DNA of 63,859 nt, the filler included. It is 11 parts of 11 records of this genome, joined end to end, with 100 filler letters (N's around TTAATTAATTAA, not from the genome) between each part and the next. Parts side by side here need not be neighbours in the genome. Positions count along the whole stretch, not along the records: positions 1 to 7,460 come from SRR7504441_2052; positions 7,561 to 14,570 come from SRR7504441_2057; 9 more parts are not named here. One strand, given 5' to 3'. The notes under the pieces were generated by a model that saw nothing but the letters and a program-made list of their open reading frames with translations, did not search any database and was not told the origin of the DNA. Positions 1 to 12,607 of this stretch are shown in pieces. The stretch's first letter is position 1, and each line of letters begins with the position of its first letter. The translations under genes and the position numbers were made by a program.

Positions 1-631
1 AGCTGGGTGTGGGATGCTCGCGGTGCACGCGCGGCCTAGAGGCGATCCAGCCAACAGGCGGCGGCGAGCCGGCCCGGCCGATTTGGATGCCGTGCGTGCA
101 ATCAAACAAGCGCTGGCCATCCCAGTGATCACCAACGGCAATGTGCGGAGGTACGATGATGTGCTGCGCAACCTCAAGTTCACAGGAGCCGACGGCGCGA
201 TGGTAGGCGAGGCCATTCTGACCAATCCGGGTTTGTTTGCGATGATAGACGCCGCCACCAAGCCGGCCGAGCCGCTTGGTCTCAAAGTGAACCCTGAGCT
301 CCCGGCCCGGCAGAAGCAGCGGCTCAAGCAGCGGTGGAAGCTGTGGAGGCTTGCCCGGGAGTATCTCGAGTATGCCCGGGAGGTGCCCCCACCGGATCCG
401 CTGGAGTATGCGAGGGCGCATGTGCGATGGATGCTTGGGAAGAAACGGGCAGGCAGCGGCTCCCGGTATGTTTACACGCAGGCCGGTCCGAGGTTCGCGG
501 ATAGGCAAGACGAGTTGAAAGCGGCGTTAGACGAGGCCAAGACGATCGACGATCTCAGGATGATAGTAGATAGCTCGCTAGGCGACCAGTTCGACCAGTT
601 CCATTCGTCAATCCATTCATTGGATAAATGA
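1..631 (+). CDS. tRNA-dihydrouridine synthase (DUS1-like), 5'-partial
   Basis: Motifs LAVHAR, GPADLDAVRAIK, IPVITNGNV and TGADGAMVGEAILTNPGLF are typical of the C-terminal half of the Dus TIM barrel. Confidence 0.85.
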   Translation, partial: AGCGMLAVHARPRGDPANRRRRAGPADLDAVRAIKQALAIPVITNGNVRRYDDVLRNLKFTGADGAMVGEAILTNPGLFAMIDAATKPAEPLGLKVNPELPARQKQRLKQRWKLWRLAREYLEYAREVPPPDPLEYARAHVRWMLGKKRAGSGSRYVYTQAGPRFADRQDELKAALDEAKTIDDLRMIVDSSLGDQFDQFHSSIHSLDK

Positions 632-795
632 CTATGGCTACAGCCAGTCTTATCATCATATTTACTACATATCATTAGTGTAAATCCTAAATGTACTTAT
701 CGCGTCATGTATTGTTGATTTTATGTTAATTTAATACCGGCTTATCGTATGAATAGCAAGCTTGCGCCGCGAGTTCAAAAGTTATGCACGATCGA

Positions 796-1912
796 TCACG
801 TGCGCGAATTGTATCTAAAGATCCACGAATTGTGGACTTTGACAGCCGTGTGCCCTTGACTATCGCGAATGATGCCACTGCTCATTGATGTGAGAGGCTT
901 GGGTTGCCGGCGCTCTAGTTTGGCCTTGAGCTCGGCCACAGGGTCCTTCAACATTTCACACACCACCTCCTTGTACTTGCGTGGGTTTGCATTCAGTGGC
1001 TTGGCCGAGACTTTGGCCACGAGCTCGTGCTCGCGCGATACCATTTCGTTGCCTGACGTGAAAACATGAGTTCGGCGCCCACGGATTTACGCAGCGCACG
1101 CACTGGCACTCTGAAGCTTGGCAGCTTGTTGCAGCTCAGAGTTTCTATCCTTCGGCCACCTGCCTAGCTGCGAGGACAACCGCATCGGGTGCTCTGGGTT
1201 GGCCTGTCTCGGGCCGTCACAGCCACATTGATATGAGCGCACCTTAAGTGCACCCAGTATGCTGGCGGTGCGTGGCCGCCAGTTGCCACGCTGCATCGTG
1301 TCCCACTGTTGGGACCGGTCACCCCAATGCTCAAGCTACAACAGAGCACCTCGAGACGCTGAACATCCTTGAACATGGGAGTCTCAATCAGCGGCCTTGG
1401 GTTAGCTCTGAACTTTGTTGGACAAGTCCTTGGTCGCTGCCGCTGCCCAAGCCGATCACACGCCTGCTATTCGGTCACGGACCTTCTGCAGCTTGCGCTG
1501 TTCTACTGATATCCCATTAAAGTGCTTTAGCAGGTCCTTAGTCCCAACAGTCAAAGGGCCTGCCTGTGCCGCCTGGCGCTGTTCTACTGCTTGCTCGACA
1601 GCCGCCGATCTAGCGCGGTTGGCAACATTCAATGTGCTGTTGGTAAACCCTTTCAGGTCCTTCCGCGCATCTACGAGCCGTTTCTGCCGCGGCTCAGCCC
1701 TGGCAGTGTTGGGAGGCCACCTCCAGATGGAACCGGGCTTTCTCCACTCGACGCTGGAGCTGGAGCGTGGCGGTCTGGTTGAGTGACATCAGGTGACGCA
1801 GCGCATCCGACTCGAACGAGGCTTCAGTTTTCTGCCCCGCCCCGGTCAGCTGGGCAGGGCCACAGTGCACCGCAATCAGCGCGCTCCTCATGGCGTCGTG
1901 CGCCTCCTGCAC
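796..1912 (-). CDS. hypothetical multi-exon coiled-coil protein (boundaries approximate)
   Basis: Short helical exons (e.g. LQRRVEKARFHLE, KRLVDARKDLKG, MFKDVQRLE, VAELKAKLERRQ) separated by GT..AG micro-intron-like segments. No recognisable family. Confidence 0.35.
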
Positions 1913-2116
1913 AGAGCGGGGTCGGCCGGCCGCTCACGGGCGCAGGGGATGCCTCCTCGGTCTGCTCCTCCCGGGGCTTGCACCCCTCGCCGAGCGTGGC
2001 CAAGGCCGACTGCATTCAAGTCCCAGGCGCCCTTATGCAGCGAGTTGGTGTCTCCCGGACATGTTTAGTGTCCGTTGGAGCTATTCATAGTATTCGGGAG
2101 CCCAGGCAGCAGGGCG

Positions 2117-4667
2117 ATGATCAGTCGGATCGGGCAGGGCGGCTGCGGCCCCGATCCGGAGCCGAATCGGCTTCGGGTCAACCTGCTGTCCCCGCGCTCG
2201 GTGCACCGGCGCGAGCGGATGCGTGGATGCTCCAACCTGCCCAGCACCAACTGCAACCGGCGGAACATCCTGTCACACAACATCCTGCCGGTGTCGGCCG
2301 GGAGCGCCACCCCGCCGGCTGGGTGCTCAACGGCCGGGGCGTGGGAGCTGATCCGGAAGCCGGCCCCGCCGCAGCTCCCCGGCAAGCTTAAGGTGCCCAA
2401 GAACAGCTCGATGGACGAGATGCTGCTCGAAGACTGCCTGGAGCAGGCCGCCAAGTTCGAGGCCTCCGGGGAGACCAAGTTAGCGGCCAAGTACCGGACA
2501 ATGGCCGTGAACTATAAGAAGAAGCTCCCGTGGCCGATCAAGCAGCGAATCCGCAAGGAGCGCAAGCAGCAGATTGCGCGGGAGAAGCGCGCTGCAGCCC
2601 TGAAGTTGGAGCAGGCCTGGGCCGTGGAATGCATAGAGCGCTGGAAGCCTGCCCCACCGCCACATACCGGAGACACGCCCCCAGAGACCCCGGTATCGCA
2701 GACCCCGTCGGATGGAGCTGGGGCAATTGATGTGCCAAACGCAGAGGACTGGAGGCACATCACGAGGGAGGAGGCGGAAAACCAGGCCAACCTAGGATTG
2801 TTCCTGGAGGCGATGAAGGCGCGGGACATTACGCTAGAGAGAATGTTCCATGAGGTGGATACTGATGGGTGGGCGGCTGGGCTGGATTGTTGGCGCTCAC
2901 TGGTGGCGTGGTAGGTCTGGGGAGATCTCTGCAGTGGAGCTGCATCGGTTGTTCCTCAGGCTGGGGTTAGATAAATCGATAATAGAAGTCAAGCAGATGT
3001 TTGACTGGCTCGACGAGGACCGATCGGGCGGTGTTGAGCTCAAGGAGCTTGAGGATAAGGTACACTTGCCGCTCCTCGCAGTGCTGACTAGGATACAGAT
3101 AAATCCCCCTGGTGGGCGGAAGAGGCCAAGGTACAAGATGCCGACTGCGGCTGCGATGTCTACGAAAGTTGGGAGCGCCATGGATGCATGGAAGATCTCA
3201 AAACAGGCCCAAAAGAATCCCAAACCAGCCCAACTACACGGCACTCCAGGCACCATGCCAATATGGCTCGGGTCGCCAGCAGGAAAGAGGTTTGATCCGC
3301 GGGAGGGTATGGTAGATGTTGAAGCGTACGCCCAGATGGGCAGGCAGCTCGGAGGCGACCTCCAAGTCAAAATAGAAAAGATTGTTGAGTTCGATCTTCT
3401 GGCGATAGAGAGGGATGGTCAAAAGCGGCAGCTGGACATGATGCAGGCACTCGGCCAGAGTCTCGAGCTGCGAATTAAGGTCTTCGGCCCCAAACATGCA
3501 GACGTGATGAATGCTGCGCGGAGACTCGCGCTAGCATGTAATGCAATGGCAATGGAGTACTTGGAAGTGCATCACAACATGGTGAAGTGTCTGGAGCTTC
3601 TTAAGAAGAGCGATCAATTGACGCGGAAGTTCACCAAGATGCCGAAGAAGGCGGGCGTTCAAGCTGCCACGTGCAACAATTACGCATGCTACTGGCGCCG
3701 AATGGCTACCCTTTCAACCCTCAATGAAAAGCAGTCTGCACATACCCTCAGCTTGGTGCGGCGGTGCATAGAGCAGGCATTCTCCCTGGAACAGAACTCT
3801 GGGGAGGGAGTCAATCCTCCAGGGACACTAATAAACTTTGCCGCGATCCTCTCTATTCTTGGGCGGCCGATTGAGGCACATGTGAAAGCGACTGAGGCAG
3901 TAGCCCGACTAGAAATGGCACCAGAGCGTGGCAAGCGGATAGGCCTTGTACTTCAAGGAGGGAAGATGGCCACTTCACAGCTTGCCCTAGCCTATCACAA
4001 CCTCGGCGTATCGTGTGCAGCGCTTGGAAAGCATAAGGTGGCACTGGATGCTCATAAGAATGCTGTTAAGACTGCAAGGGAGCAAGTCGGTTTGGAGCAT
4101 GTCGCCACTGCCAAGGTTGAGAATGGGCTGATCGATGCACTGACTGTTCAACGACAAATTCCATGGGCCAGTAGAGGTGATGCAGATCCAGAGCTGTGGG
4201 AGCTTGTCACTACAGCAGATCGGTCGCTTGGTTCAGGCAAACTGCGGCCAATTGGCAACACCGCCCAAGGACCTGTAGCTTTCGGCAAGGGATCACTTGA
4301 GAACGAGAAGAATCGCTTCTCGATATACCCAGGAATGCAAGACTTTGCTGTGCCTGGTAGGTACCTCGAGAATATGCTGAGGCCGCATTCGAGCTTGGCG
4401 ATTGGACCACCATCGCTCTCTTTGCACAGCGATATTCAAGGGGAGGCGACGTATGCCAAGATCGATGTGTGGGAGGAACGCCAAAAGGAATCATGGCGGT
4501 TTGATCCTACGTTCTTTGATGCAAGGGGAAGGGAGGACCCCGCGGTATTGTTAAGCACTGCAAAGACGGACCACGAGGTCTTTAGCATCAGCAAGTTGCG
4601 CTGCGAGCCGGCCCGTGACACGCCATTCCCTACAAATAACGATGTCAGTTGGACCAAAAGCCCTTAA
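2117..4667 (+). CDS. EF-hand pair plus TPR-repeat protein
   Basis: Splicing 2869-2914 gives the EF loop DTDGSGEISAVE; a second loop is DEDRSGGVELKE. There is an in-frame intron at about 3060-3098. Kinesin-light-chain-like TPRs follow (FGPKHADV, TCNNYACYWRR, LAYHNLGV). Confidence 0.7.
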
Positions 4668-4894
4668 ATGAATTGTTCAAAGATAATCGAAGATAATCAA
4701 AGATAATCAATAGATCTATATACAACAGATAATCAGAGATTACCTGAGTTTTTTTAAAACAGGTTATGAACTCATTTAAACGGGCTTATGCGTTTATACG
4801 TACAGATCATTGTTGAGTGCTAAATGCGCCTATAATCAGTCATGATTGATCAGACTTACATGTATCTCACTCTGTCATGATCGATAATTATGCA

Positions 4895-7460
4895 TTATAA
4901 TGTTACTGCAGTGGTCAGCCCCGTAGGTTGCATGGCGCTCTTCTGGACAGGACTCTCGTAGTCGACTTGGATTTCCTCGTGCTTGGCGCTGCTTTCAGTA
5001 ATCCGTGTCGGACTCCCTCGTTCAAAGCGTAAGATACGATGGCATTGCTCTAGTGTCTCGAGCCGATGCGCTATAATGAGCATGGTGGCACCACGGAAGG
5101 CAGGTGCGTTTCGGAGCGTGTCCTGTATCTTGGCATCTGTCTTGGAATCCATGGATGCCTGCAGCCCCCTCAGACCTGCAACTAGCAGCAGGCCCCACCG
5201 TTGCTTCGTCTAGTACAATCAGCTTTGACTTCCTCAGCAGCGTGCGTGCTACTGTGATCAGCTGTCGCTGCCCTACCGACATTGTACTCCCTGCCTCGTC
5301 GCAGTAGGTGTCCAGACCATTCGTCCAGAGTTTGACTACCTCATCCATTCCACACTGCTTCAGAGAGTCCCAAAGCTGATTTTCACTATGCTGGTCCAGT
5401 GGGTCCAGATTTCGTCTGACGCTGCCCTGCCAAATAAGAGGCTCCTGCGGTATGATTGACAGCCTCTCTCGCAATACTTGGATTGGCACTGTCGCGCAGT
5501 CGACGCCATCGATATAGACCGCGCCTGCCTCTGGCTCGCAAATTCGGAAGAGGCAGTTTGCTATGGTGCTCTTGCCACATCCAGTACGGCCAACTAAGCC
5601 AACCCTCTCTCCGGCACGGGCTGTGAAGCTTAGTCGATCAAGCACAAGAGGCAAATGTGGTCGGTAGCGCACACAGAGCTTGTCGACTACCAACTCGCCC
5701 ATGGAAGGCCATTCTGGTGAGACTGGGGGTGCACTTTCATGAGAAACGATCTCCTGTGGAATGTCTTCGAGAGCCCGCAGCCGCTCGACTGCAGTCATGT
5801 AGTTTTCAGCCTCTATGCTCTGTCTTGTCACCCACTGCATTTTCCCCAGGAAGCTTAATGCATAGGCGTAGCTCAGACCAGCCATCAGAGGCGTGCCAAT
5901 GCCAACAATGGTGGAAAAGATTACCATGATTAGCAGCACGGCTCCAATGCAGTCAAGATAGAAAGTGAGCCAGGGCAGTATTAGGTACAGGTGAAGCGCC
6001 ATCGTCGCGTTCTCTCTTACGACGTGAGAGTAGAGTGTTTCAAAATGTCCGTGAAGATCATGCGCTGTGATCAGAGCAGTACCACGGACTGCTTCGACCA
6101 GCAGCGATAACACAGGAGAACGCGACGTTGCTTCCATTCTCTTAAGCTCCCGTCCAGTGTTCATGTAAGCCCGGCGAATCCTCCAGAAGACAAACAGCGA
6201 TGGAATCGCCGCAGCTAACACCAGAGGTGCACACGCTATCATCACCGTCAAGCTGTGGGCCCGTCAGTACTGGCCAACCAGAGGCTAGACCTGATAATCA
6301 TAAAGAAGCCTTCGGCAACAAACTCTGAGAGAAAGAAGGGCAAAAGAGTATCTGCGCGACCAGATAATCAAGGCTACGCAGCATTCTCACCAACGATATC
6401 CAGATCCTTCGAGAAGAGATTCATCAGCCGGCCAACTGGCACCACGTCGAAGAAGAGCGGCACAGAAGCACCCAGCACACGGCATAAGGCCTCGTCATGT
6501 AGGACCACTGCCGCTCCGCTCGCCATCTGCGCAAAGACAAGCGACCGCAGCAAGGCACAGACGCATACACCGATGGTCAGCCCGATTAGCGTGGTGAGTC
6601 CTGTGGTGTTGTTACACCATCCCAAACTCCACACCCCGACCCACACTGCGCACCACACTCAGCCACCAGGGCAACGTCTCAGGTCACCGTCAACTGCCAC
6701 GCGAAACACTTCTGTGAGCAGAAGCAAAAATCCGAACGTCCAGAACCCACATTGCTGGCTGCCGTGACTGGCACGGGCCGTGTGCATGGCTTCAAGATAC
6801 CCCCTATACGTCTCGAATGACAACAGCCCGTGTTGCTTGACTTCGGGGGTGTAGAGACGGCCCAGCTCCGCGTCGGCATCAGCAAATGCTTTAGTGGTCG
6901 CATCTAGGCATACCACTGCAGCTGGAGCTGCAACTGTCACCGGTTGGATGCTATTATAACTGTGTGAGCTGGCTTTGTATTCACTAACGCGGTCAAACTG
7001 GGTAACTTGGCCTGCACTCAGCGCTGCCACGGAATCGGCTCGGTCAATTAGTGAATAGTGCGACGACAGCACCACCAATTTGGCCTTCTGCTTCAACGTG
7101 TCGCCACAGATCAGATCATCCATTAGCTGCTTGGCCACTGCTGCATCCACAGCCGCAAGAACGTCGTCCAAGACCAAGACGTCAGCGAACTGGGCCCGAT
7201 ACACTGCGCGAGCCAGCGCCACGCGAGCCCTCTGCCCTCCAGATAGATTGATACCCTGTGCTCCGATTTCACTCAGGTCTCCAGCTGGAAGCTGAGGCAG
7301 GTCAGCTCTCAGTTGCGCCAACTGCACCGCTTTGTCATAGGCGGTCTCGTCGTACTCGTGCCCCATCAGAATGTTGTCGCGGATACTTGCTGAAAGCAAC
7401 CACGGCTCTTGTCCTGCAAACGCTACGGTGCCAACCTCTCTGCTCTCGAGTGAGCTGACT
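4895..7460 (-). CDS. ABCC/MRP-family ABC transporter, 5'-partial, several micro-introns
   Basis: NBD1 signature EIGAQGINLSGGQRARVALARA; TMD2 motifs FFDVVPVGRLMNLFSKD and RELKRMEATSRSP; NBD2 motifs VGRTGCGKS, MSVGQRQL, spliced VLDEATASMD and IIAHRL. Confidence 0.95.
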
Positions 7461-7560
7461 NNNNNNNNNNNNNNNNNNNNNNNNNNNNNNNNNNNNNNNN
7501 NNNNTTAATTAATTAANNNNNNNNNNNNNNNNNNNNNNNNNNNNNNNNNNNNNNNNNNNN
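7461..7560. other. artificial contig spacer (N-run, TTAATTAATTAA, N-run), recurring at 14571, 21473, 27310, 36818, 40136, 44365, 47956, 52313 and 55842
   Basis: Identical 100-nt block with stops in all six frames at ten positions; genes are truncated on both sides. Confidence 0.98.
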
Positions 7561-7566
7561 AGTTGC

Positions 7567-10500
7567 ATGTTCCTGAGTCATTTGTCCGACGACAACGAAC
7601 TGTTCAAGCAAAAAAGGTATGCCCACACTTCAAGAGCAGGGGTCATGCTCCTCAGCAACATGCCGTCGCGCGCCAGCGTTAGAAAAATGCTGTCAATTTT
7701 CTATTCATGTATGCTGAGCTTCCTGTTATGTTACTCGTCGTCAATCACACATCTGCTATGTTTTACAGCTCATGCAGCGTCTGGGTCTTTGACCTCGATG
7801 GTATATCCCCTCGTGACCTTTACGTATGGCCTGATAACACGGCCATTTCCATCGAAATACTACTGGGTGCTTCTTTCTCTTTATGCTCTCTGTCTGATTT
7901 CTGTCAAATTTATCTTCTGTCTCCGTGCATTTTGTGACAGCGATATTGGTTACTACATTACCACGAGCTGCCCCTCTTACAATACTTCAGACCTGACGTA
8001 CTTAGAGGCTCCATATGTTCTGGGTATCTATCCAGGTCCACCCGGCTACTACTTCCCGTGGTTTGTCATTTTTGATGTTTTGATCCTGGGTTCGGCGCTG
8101 ACAACGAGGCACCATCTGCGGATGGTTGGCCAATGGAGGCGGAATCCCCGAGCAGAACTGAACAAGTGGAATCTTACAATCATGAAATACATCAAACAAC
8201 GTTACGAGAATCAGATAAAGGAAAACGAAATAGGGATGGTTTATGACGTTTTAAATTTCGAGGCTTTCGTGAATGTGGTCGTTAAAATCCAAAGATGGTA
8301 CGGCGAGTGCGTCAAGAAGAATGAAATGCCCGACGATGACGAAATAGGCTGCTTTGGTCTGTTAGAAGGGCCAAAGGATGCTGTTGACCGAGCATACACT
8401 CACCGCTATTACGCACGCGACTTCTATGTTTGTCAGACCACTCTGCAAATGCTGGGACTTTTGTGGGTCGTCATATTCTATCCCACCTTACAGCCGGCCT
8501 TCATTGAATACGCGCAAGCCGACTCAGACAGGGAAGGTGTTGAAACTATCTTTGCTCTCACAATAATCTACATCGACTATCTTATTTTTATCCTGGTTCT
8601 GATTTGCCATGCTGTCCTGGATCGTGTTGTTTATCTATTGGAAGAGACTTTCTGGAAATTCATGTTACAGCTTGCCACAGTACTCATCTTGCATATCTGC
8701 CTGCTCACGACTCTGAAGATGCAGGCCACATACCCCACGTCCCGCGCCTTCATCCTGGGTATCTGGTATGTCATAGAGTGTGGGTATTTATACTTTTCAG
8801 CCCGCCAGCATCACACATACTATCCCGACGACACTCAAAAAGACTTCTTCTTGTCGCACGACGAGGTACAAAAGCCCCTCGCAAAGCCGCCTGAAGATCA
8901 GCGAAAGAAAATTGAGGCGATGAAGACCAAGCTAGAGGTGGTGGAGCGCAAGATGGTGGACGGTGCAGGTTTAGTGTCGCAGCAGGTTCAGTGTCACGAG
9001 GAGAAGATAGACCTCAGCGCAAAGCTATCTGAGCTAATCAAAAAGCAGAAAGAGGCACCGAGCCAGGAGGAGCAGGCTCGTGAACTGGTGACCTCTATCG
9101 ATTTGAAACCTGGGCGACTGATTTACTTCGCCTACATGGGATTTCGAGCGATTCCTTTCTTGTGGGAGATGCAGTGCATCTTGGACTGGTGGTTTATGCC
9201 GACCACTCTAGATTTGGTCGAATACATCAAGCTTGCAGATCTTCATGGCATCGTTTTTTCTGTTGCATATTTACGCCATGTAGAAGACGATATTGAGCAC
9301 CGCTACATAGGAGAAAAACAGCCTAAATGGTACAAAGCTGTGGCCGGCGGACTTGTGTTTTTTCTCCTGTTGCTCATTTTAATGTGAGTGACGCCTATGA
9401 AACCATGCCCTGAGATGCCCATGGTTGCCAGGGGCCCGCTCTTCATCTTCAGTGGCGCGTCACCATTTCTGAATGCCAACAGCGTTTCTGAGGCTGGGTT
9501 GAATATTTACATGCAAACTGCTGGTACCTCATACCTGCTTTACAGCCAGAGGTCGTACGATTTACTGACTCTCACTAATTCGATGCAACAATATTACAAC
9601 AGGTAGCAGTCGCCACAAAGATATAAAAGTTCAATTTTGTGTGTCTGGCAGGAACACACTCGAATGCGGAGTGCCAAATCAGGCCTGCCAATATGCTGAT
9701 TTCTTCACGACCTCCAATCAGTATCTGAATGTAACTGAACCAGACAGTGTGCCCCAGGGTGTCCTTAGAATGAGGTCAGGTGCCATCAGAGGTCGCGTGG
9801 ACACCTGTGTCAAATGCCCGGTTCGAATTCTTCGTTTCAAGAGGTTCTCCCTCGGGTTTTCAGGTCATCAAATCTCATAGATCTGTGCACTGACCAATGC
9901 ATGCTGTGCTCAGGACGTGGTTACAAACTATGGCCATATTCTTGACACTGGTGCTCAAGCAAGTTACCAGGCCGCAGCTGACCAAGCAAGAACAGCGATT
10001 ACAGCTGGGACAGCAAGTACAACCGCCTTTTCGTTGGGCCTCATTTATCCTGACTCGATAAAGTGCGAACGAAAAAAATGCAGTGTCAAGGAGAACGCTA
10101 TGCACAGCTTGCAAGGGCAGATCATAACAACAACCAGCGGCGATGCATACGTCAAAATGACGGTTGGTACTGAGAATGCTGTCCGGTCCTGCTACACCTC
10201 TGCCGCGGTGGGTTCTGGACTATTTGCTGATGCAGACATTTCGATTATCGGCCTTTACATCTCCGTCGTGCTTCTTGTGGGCAACATATTACGCTCAGCG
10301 CTCAAGGTATTCGTCGCAGCTTAATCGCACCATAAACAGCCTCACCATTGGTATGGTGTAGGGCATCTCTGCAAGAATCATCTTCAATGACATGGAGGAT
10401 GTGCACGTGCCTGTCTTCTTGTGCTCCACAATCAACAAAGCCCGCAGAATACGGAACCACTATGTCGAGCACGAGCTTTATCTGCAGCTAATCCAATTAT

Positions 10501-10790
10501 TCAGGTGTCCTTTCCAAGCAGTCACGCCCTTGTGTGAGTGAGCCTGGCTGTGCTGCAGACGTCCGGATCGATTGTGGGAGGTGACCACCAAATGGGGCTT
10601 ATTCGAGGAGGAGAAGCGGATGAATGGCCCTTGGAAGAATGAATGGCTCGATAAAATCGACGAAGAAAAGCCTGAGTCTGAGGAAAGAGATAAACGGAAG
10701 GGACTGAAGGGAGATCGAAGGCCACCTTATGATTACAGCCTTTTGAAACGAAGGAGCGATCGACCTGAAAGGGATCCTCAGGTCGATTAG
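7567..10790 (+). CDS. Piezo-type mechanosensitive ion channel, C-terminal part (5'-partial)
   Basis: Many TM helices; anchor motif FRAIPFLWEMQCILDWWFMPTTLDL; inner helix IIGLYISVVLLVGNILR; C-terminal IIFNDM...EHELYLQLIQLFR. Introns lie after 9383. Confidence 0.9.
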
Positions 10791-11021
10791 TTCTATTTCC
10801 AGTCAGAAACAATAAGATATTAACTGATTACAATACCATTTTATTTGCACAAATAAAATCCGAGTCCTGAAGCGTCAAGGCACTTCGAAACGTTATAGTC
10901 TTATGAATGTAGTCTAGATCTATGTCTCAGAAACTACGCCGGCGCTAGCCTCTGCACCGCTTCCACGCGCTTCTGCTGTACAGCTGTACGCAGAGCTGTC
11001 ACTCGCTACTACAGACGGCGC

Positions 11022-12127
11022 ATGCTGGTGCCGGAGAAGCTGCGCCGGCTGCCGCGACTGTGCGTGACCGCTGTGCACGCGGGGGCTGAGCTCCAGCTGC
11101 CTCCAGCCCAGAGTCACTACCTCACCTCTGTGCTCCGCCGGTGCTGCCCCCAGCAGCCTTAAAAGCCAATAGCCTCGCAGCCTGTGACGGGGTGGGCCAG
11201 CCGCCCAGGCGACAAGATACGGCTGTTCAGCCCAGGACAGGCCGAGTGGCTGGGTCTGGTGCAGACAGCAAGCTCACGTCAGTGCAGTGTGCTGGTCGAG
11301 ACTCAGGTTCCCGGCGCTGCATCTGATTCTCGTCTGAATGCCTGACCTTTATCCAGGTCCGACCAGCGCCTACCCCCGGCCCACAGACGAGCCTGTTATG
11401 CGCGCTGCTGCGTCGGCGAGCTGCGCCTGTGACCAGGTTGAGCTCCTTGCGGCAGGTCGAGGATGGCAATTGTGGTGGAGAAAGCTGCTGAACTAGGGGT
11501 ACCGCCCCAGGCCTGACGACCCTGGAGCGGGGCGGAAGGCTACGGTTATCCAGCCTATTCGGACCGCCAGGACTGTTGCGCGTGAGATGAGCTTGTCGCG
11601 GATGGAGGTGCTGCCCGGCTGTGGTCCGGCTGAGAGTGGAGTAGGCTATTGCCACAGAGGCGTCTGAGCAGAGCGAGAGACTATTTGTGCCGGTGGTGAG
11701 GCCGACTATGGAGTTAGCAGAGGCCGTGGCGGGACTGCCGGCTGGGCCACTGCTAGTCTGCGATGAGCGAGGCGGAGGGCAGCCGGTGTCGGTGCGGCTG
11801 TATACCTGTCTTGGCCGATTCTAGCGTCAGGCTGTGCTCCAACAGGGAGAGCGCAGGGACGTCTCAGTACTGGTGGGACCGGAGGGCGGGCTGACTGAGG
11901 AGGAGGTAGTGCTTATCACCTGTTAGTCGGTCACGTGTGCGTGTGCAGCTCGAGTTCGATTGCCGGGATGCTGTCAACATCAGTTTGGGCGCCGCGGTGC
12001 GTATTGAAGCAAAGGGCTTGTACACGTGTAGACTTAAATGGGCTCTGGACAGGTGTTGAGGGCCGAGACTGCAGCAATAACGGCGTTAGGCATGGTTTGC
12101 TCCGCTCGTTTAGATCCCCAATCGTGA
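11022..12127 (+). CDS. rsmE: RsmE-like 16S rRNA m3U1498 SPOUT methyltransferase, intron-rich (absent from the ORF track)
   Basis: Exon-by-exon translation gives LPRL..HYLTSVLR, VVEKAAELG, EASEQSERLFVP, VLVGPEGGLTEEE and VLRAETAAITAL. Stop TGA at 12125-12127. Confidence 0.85.
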
Positions 12128-12607
12128 CCCATTTTTGTTTTTGGTTGACTCGGGGGTAACTTCATTCATACGGGTACGGTATTTAATATCATTAAAGAAG
12201 GCCTAGGTTCCTCGATAAAATTCATGTATGACATAAGTCATTGTACTGTACATCTACAATCGCCTACTATCGCCGCATAGGTACCGCATAGGCGGTGACT
12301 GATGAGTGGAACATGAAAGTCGGGCCACATTACCGGAAGTTAATTAGTTGATTTGAAAGTAATTATTAGTTGGAAGTAATTAGTTGATTTGAAAGTTGAA
12401 TGCATGCGTGAATGTTTTATTTGTCGAGACAAATGACACAGTCGGGACCAATCGGGACGCCTAATGTACTTGCGAGATAGTAATACTGATTAAATGTAAC
12501 TCGATCGTTAATACCATGCTTGGGTGCTAGGGTGGCGCGTTGTGTATATACAATATTGTAACAAGATTGGCCAAGAGATAGGTGATCGATATTGACCACA
12601 TGCCCCG

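Noticed and set aside
4676-4745. Short tandem repeat AAGATAATC(A/G), three to four copies
   Set aside because: AT-rich 3' intergenic minisatellite with no spacers or cas genes; not a CRISPR array.
12340-12398. Direct repeat TAATTAGTTGATTTGAAAGT, two copies
   Set aside because: Local duplication in an intergenic gap with no transposon hallmarks.
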